64,000 nt of DNA from Eledone cirrhosa. Its lineage: Eukaryota. The notes below the pieces were generated by a model. It saw nothing but the letters and a program-made list of their open reading frames with translations, was not told where the DNA came from and made no database searches. The translations under genes were made by a program, and so were the position numbers. The stretch lies in assembly GCA_964016885.1 (NCBI GenBank), contig OZ024753.1, positions 4,588,001 to 4,652,000 on the forward strand, read 5' to 3'. Positions 57,652 through 64,000 of this stretch are shown piece by piece. Position 1 is the stretch's first letter, and every line of letters starts with the position of its first letter.

Positions 57652-57665
57652 GTGTGTGTATATAT

Positions 57666-57702
57666 ATTAAAGTTTAAGCAAAGAATCGCTGCTTTCACCC
57701 TT
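57666..57702 (-). mobile_element. Short fragment of the 48561-family
   Basis: ATTAAAGTTTAAGCAAAGAATCGCTGCTTTCACCCTT is the reverse complement of 48894-48930. Confidence 0.7.
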
Positions 57703-57968
57703 ATGTGTATATATATATATATTGTTGCCAAAATATATTGCTACTGTAAGAAAACGATCCTACTAAATATAAGGGCTAAATACGATGATAATATTGCCAG
57801 ATATGTTTATTTATCAGATGAACCTTAATGAAATATCATATAAGTAAGCTGTCCTTGTCAAATAAGTGGATGCCTCTTTACTTCAATAGTGGTACTGATT
57901 TGCTACATATCGATGTATTCATGGTGTATATGTTTTTTTTTAGATTCCATGGAGTATATAAAAATAAT

Positions 57969-58154
57969 TGTTTCTACTTTTGGCACAAAGCCAGCAAATA
58001 CCCAGTAGATTACTGGTACTTTATTTTATCGACCCCGTAAGGATGAAAGGCAAAGTTAACCTCGGCGGGATTTGAACTCAGAATGGCAAGGGCCGTAACT
58101 CTATACGTCAAAGCATGGCGTCCGACCCTCTACCGATACTGCCAATTCACCGCC
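57969..58154 (-). mobile_element. tRNA-derived SINE with perfect 18-bp TSD
   Basis: TSD GGAGTATATAAAAATAAT at 57951-57968 and 58155-58172. Confidence 0.92.
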
Positions 58155-59361
58155 GGAGTATATAAAAATAATGATATGTATAGTGTTTCGATTACGATGG
58201 CTCATAAATGGTTCTTATTGTGTGAACCGAATAATCCGGGGAATAATCTGAAATATTACAACAATTTATATCAACGTTTATGATATTTCTCTTTCATATC
58301 TTTAGAGAATAAAATGATGAGAGAAAAGATACGTAGATAAAACTGCATGAACTAATGGAGGAACCAGTTAGTGACATACTTTAATGAAAGACATAATATT
58401 GAGCTACACAATAATGAGAAAGGGAATTGTTTAATATCCACACCCTTTCGTTCACTATTCTGTCTTTAGTGTGTACCTTACATAAAGTCACCACCTGCAA
58501 CCACAGAAAAATATATATATTTCACAGTATTCAAGAAAGTTATGAAGATAGTATCAGAGGATATATCGGTGCATAGGTTAAGGATTTTTTCATATGATAT
58601 TGATATACCTTATTTCAGTTCTTTACGGAAACCGTAAAATAAAAACAACTATCGAAACTGACAAGATCAAAGTAAACCTTCTATATGGAAGAAACACGTT
58701 TAGTTACCTTGATCAGGTTCTAAGCCACTTATTGCTCAAAAACGTGGAGGGACTATCAATGAACAAGTAGAGAGTTAAAAGCCATAGTAATGCTGTTTGG
58801 TATGAAATAACAATATGTAACCACGGATATACAATAAAACAAAACCACAGACAAAACCAATATTATACACCATGAAGATTCACACTGCAGTGGAATCTAA
58901 AGGGTAACTGATATTATAATAGCAACAACTAGCACTACTCATATTATACATAGTTGCAGTTCATTGATATAACACAATACACGCATCCCAAATACTCTCA
59001 TATATTGAAACACCTAACACAAGCTACATAACTTATATGCAATTCAGGCAGCAATAATCAAAATCAAACACTGAATATTATATGTATTCTATACAAAGTA
59101 TGTGTGATACATTAAAATGACAAAACAATCACAAGAAACCAAGCTGCAAAACAATGTAAAACATATCGACATATTTTTACATTCTCAACTCCAATAGCGC
59201 AATCATCATAGAAACACGAATGTTCACCTACTTCTGCAGTAGACACTCACTTAAAACTACTGAACTATGATGATAGTAGAAACAGAAACACCATCAATAA
59301 CAACAACGGAAACAATAACAACAACCACAAGAAGAAGAAGAAGAAGAAGAAGAAGAAGAAG

Positions 59362-59612
59362 AATGTGGCTAGAAAGCCTGGCAATGTTGTCGTATAAGGA
59401 AGAAGAATTACAAGGCATGTATTGTTTCATCAGGGAGAAAGAGAGAAATAAGGAGACTGGAGAATCAATCACGTAGAGATGGTACCAATTGTGGTTGGCT
59501 CACTGGGAGCAGTTAGTAGAAGGTTGGATGCCTTGAGAACCTAGGACTTGAGAGCCTAGGAATTACCATTAGGACAAGGTTTGTTGCAGAAAACAGCCTT
59601 GCTGGAAACAGA
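59362..59612 (+). pseudogene. Old R4-like RLE C-terminal fragment (different family)
   Basis: KREIRRL...VEMVPIVVGSLGAV...LLQKTALLET read across frameshifts; it follows (AGA)n. Confidence 0.6.
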
Positions 59613-60068
59613 GATAGACTGAGATCGGGAGAGAGAGGAGGGGAGGGAGAAAGAATGTGAGAGAATGATAGGTAGTGAGTGGCTGAGGAATTGCATAATG
59701 TGCGCAATGTGTTCTCGTAATGTATATTCTCGTGATGAAAAAGGATCACACTTACCCGGCTACATATTTCGTTCATATTAAGCCTCAAAACAACATCGAG
59801 TTGCTTTTTCTCGAGGCCTTTTTTGATTAACAGAATAAGAACACGTATACTTCTCTTCGTTTCGCGAGAAATTGGGTTTTGTATGTTTCTTCAATATTGA
59901 AACACATTTCATTTATTGAGAATAATATTACGGACATCCTTCAGCGAATTACAGCAACCTACGTAAATATTCATGCCTTTAGCATACATGATTTATTTTC
60001 TTTACATAGAGAGAGAGCAAGCTTTATATTTCCTCTGACCTTCTCTTCCTCTCTTTCTCCCCCCTCTT

Positions 60069-60125
<57 letters not shown>

Positions 60126-60243
60126 TTCTCTCTCTCACTACATACACACATACACACACACACACACATATATATGCTTATATATATATATATACATACA
60201 CCCACACATACACATTCACACACACATACATACACACACACCT

Positions 60244-60300
<57 letters not shown>

Positions 60301-62498
60301 ATATAAAACCTTTATATACATACATTTATTCATGATTATATTGATGAATAACTCTAATGTGTATAACTTGTGTCTCCATCTCTCGATGTTGCTTTTTAGT
60401 CGGACTTCAAAAGTTCTTTTTTTATCAATACTGTAAATGTTCTCTGATAATATGCAATATTCCACAGTTCAGATATGAAAGTATAAATGATTCAATTATT
60501 GTGAAGTCTAGATAGAGTTTTCATTTAATTTTGCTGTTTTAGAATCTCTTTATTTCATCTTAGTGCTAGAAACTCCTCCAATTCTGGTACACTTTTAGTT
60601 ATATCGGTGCTCTAGCATAAAATTGTATTTGTAGGCTTCATCGACAGTTGGGATCAAGTGATATCAAGTAAAATAGTATTGATTTTGGGATACGCAAAAT
60701 AATGAATATTTGTGAAACTTGTAGTCACTATACCCTTTAATCATTAAGCCATAGAAACAATTACTCTCGACATTGATTATTGATCTGAAATGTACTTAGG
60801 CTGTTCAACAGATGCGTGTAATCTATATCACAATATATAATGCCAGTCTATTGTAAGTATTGTAAATTCATTTCTTTATAAGATACTGCGCACAAACAAG
60901 AATTATACACTTTATGAAACTTAACTCAATCTAATCTGACTTGGAATGCATAATAAAAATGAGGGGACAGTAAATGAAATAGTTACGTTTCTGTTATTAT
61001 ATGGAGTTTGGCATTCTACGCTCTCATATTGAATTCACAATAAATATAATATGTTTACATTCATATGGAATGTAAATTAAATTTCCTGTGCGTATACCAT
61101 GTCGATTTACGACATATTGTGTAAGTTGTATGTCTCTAGAGTACAATTTATTATACGTGTGCCACTTCACATATTTATGCCGAAGCTCAGCCAGAAAATA
61201 TACATACAATGCATAAGTAGAAGGAATATTTTTATCTCGGAGTTATAACCTTCTAAGCTAGAGTGATCTGTGTGAGTTTGAGTGGCGTGTGGCGTCAAGA
61301 AATTTTGCAAGTAAATTTACCGTTGCTTCAGATGGTTTTATATTAAATGAAAATATTTTAAAATCACACATAAACGCACAAAAATCCCGTCATTTAATCT
61401 AAAGCTTAAGTGCATTTATTCTACATGCTGCCACTATAAATTCAACTTAAGAGTCGGTATGTTTCGTGGTCCGGTCAGGCGGGATGGAGAAAATAATGCC
61501 ACGCATGTGACAAATCTGCTCCGATAGCGGAGAAGAGTGATATGGTATGGGGATCAAATACGCCGGAAGTCTCCACCGCCACAAGCTGAACCACAAACCT
61601 AGAAAGCAATCGATACTTTGACAGTGTGTTGTCTTGAGCCTAGCTGGCAGCAAAGTTTGGGCTGGTAGACTAAAGCGACAAGTTGCCGCTAGAGAAGGTG
61701 TCATAACATATGGCATCCTAAATAAGGGGTTAACCCATGTGTAACGGGAAGATAGTTATGCCATCTGGCCTTTTACCGACCCCTTAGTCTACCCTCTCTG
61801 GCTCCAGTTTAGAAGTGAAGCTTGTGACCTACAGGCCATGATTTATAAGTCGTTGAGAGCAGCGGCCAGCACTATAACCACATGGAGACCAATTCTCTCA
61901 GACATGAATATAAAGCTAAATTTTGTCAAGAGCAAGATATTTATTCGGAGGTTACAAATTTCCAACAGTGATAATATATAGCAGTCTAACTAGTGTGTGT
62001 GCCAGTGCGCCTTTTGATAACTGTGTATTAATAATTATATCCTTCAATCTGTATTTATAAGAGGAATAGTAATGTAGAAAATATTCGAAAAAATATATAG
62101 AATATTTAAATGGTTAATTTTCTTTCCACTAATTGACTTGATGTTTAATTAATTACTATCATAACTCAAATAAATGTGGGCATTAATCAATCAATAACAA
62201 TTAATCTTACATCTATTTTCGATGATTTCTGTGGTTAATTTCGTTTCAATATAAGAAAGGAAATATTTTGTTTCTTTGAGTACTTTCAATGTTTTCCATT
62301 AAATACATGTTTACTTGTAAACGACAAAACAAATTTAGCTTCCTATTTTCTACTTATTTAATAAACTTTTCTATTATTCCTTTTTTTTTTCATTTGGTTC
62401 TACATCAAATATTTTTTTAATTAAGTATTGTATAGATGTTTTTTCTTACATACACACATAAATATCTATATCTATATACATATATATATATATATACA

Positions 62499-62876
<378 letters not shown>

Positions 62877-62881
62877 CTCCT

Positions 62882-62914
<33 letters not shown>

Positions 62915-63021
62915 CTACATACGTATATACATTGACATATCATACGTACATTTATGTATGGGTATCTATGTATCTCTCTCACTCTTTCTCACTTTCTCTC
63001 TCTCTATATATATATATATAT

Positions 63022-63181
63022 AACGAAGGAAATGTGGTAAGGAACCAGGTGGACTATAACGCACCAAAGTATTCAATACTTAGGGTAGTAGAGTGGGTAA
63101 TAGGAACGAGTAGGACCCCGACGGCTGAGCTCAAGCCATTTCGACGGCTAATTCTGGACTAAAAGTTTTAGTTCCTATATA

Positions 63182-63277
<96 letters not shown>

Positions 63278-63472
63278 AAAATTTCAAGACCCCGACGGCA
63301 GAACTCGAGCCGTTTCGACGGTTATTTCTGCACTCGAGAAATAGCCGTCGAAACGGCTCGAGCTCTGCCGTCAGTGTCTTGAACATTTTCCTATTACCCA
63401 CTCTACTACTCTAAATATTGAGTACTCTGGTGCGTTATGGTCCACCTGGTTCCTTACCACACTTCTTTCGTT
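63022..63472. mobile_element. Composite head-to-head pLTR-like element with inner hairpin and half-hammerhead
   Basis: Diverged outer arms at 63022-63155 and about 63337-63472, with an inner hairpin at 63274-63393. GAAA-CGGC tcgagctct GCCG-TC lies at 63350-63372. Confidence 0.75.
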
Positions 63473-63477
63473 ATATA

Positions 63478-63564
<87 letters not shown>

Positions 63565-63569
<5 letters not shown>

Positions 63570-64000
63570 AAAATGAAGAATTAGAAATTGAAGCCAGGAC
63601 TATCCATCATCAGTGGTCTACTAGCCATCATAGCTATTTCTTCGCATTAAAGACAAGATACCTCAGGCTAGTGCGATGCAATAACTAAAATAAGTTATTG
63701 GGATAAAAAGAGTTGGGTGGAGAAAGAGAGACAGGTAAAAAAACACGAATGGTGAGGCAACGTAAAGAGAGAGAAAAATGAGTAAATCAAGTCAATGATT
63801 CATTTGAACATAAGAACTTGCGAGTATTGACGAGAAGACGAAAGTTATATCTTAACCGTGCGAAAGTAACCGAGGAAAGAATTTCGCACGGTGTGGGACG
63901 ATGGAGGAAGTGAGAGAGAGGGTGAGTAGCAGAGAGTGAGTGTGTGAAAGTGTGAGGAAGAGGCTAGCCGAGAGAGGGTGACTAGCAGAGGGGTGAACGA
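63565..64000 (-). mobile_element. Probable PLE 3' region with degenerate hammerhead (63620-63672), runs off the window
   Basis: The minus strand reads ACTAGC-CTGAGG...GAAA-TAGCTA-TGATG-GCTAGT. It is pyrimidine-rich upstream and ends in (TA)n. Confidence 0.45.

Noticed and set aside
57806-57848. CAGATGA...GAAA with potential flanking stem
   Set aside because: Core mismatch, no stem II and no UH at the required position. Expected by chance in AT-rich DNA.
61450-61960. GC-richer island (similar one at about 32560-33100)
   Set aside because: Probably old repeat sequence; no ORF, terminal repeat or structure that I could support.

Overview
This is very AT-rich animal genomic DNA saturated with microsatellites ((TA)n, (CA)n, (GA)n, (AAT)n). 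The SINE content suggests an octopus or other cephalopod (inference). No intact host protein-coding gene can be supported, and almost all ORFs in the track are microsatellite translations. The window is a graveyard of retroelements: R4/Dong-type RLE non-LTR elements in (AAT)n, RTE- and CR1-like LINE fragments, a Penelope-like (PLE) RT-linker fragment, about 10 tRNA-derived SINEs and two Tc1/mariner relics. The main signal is a dense set of type I hammerhead ribozyme motifs. Nine copies at six loci have an exact CUGAWGA...GAAA...UH core with pairing stems, and about seven more are near-canonical, degenerate or half copies. They belong to several unrelated short, PLE-pLTR/retrozyme-like families, mostly embedded in (TA)n. 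Several are arranged as head-to-head fold-back palindromes that put one ribozyme on each strand. Across families, the 6-mer after GAAA varies but stays self-complementary, which points to dimeric hammerheads. All structures were read by eye; ribozyme activity is not demonstrated.
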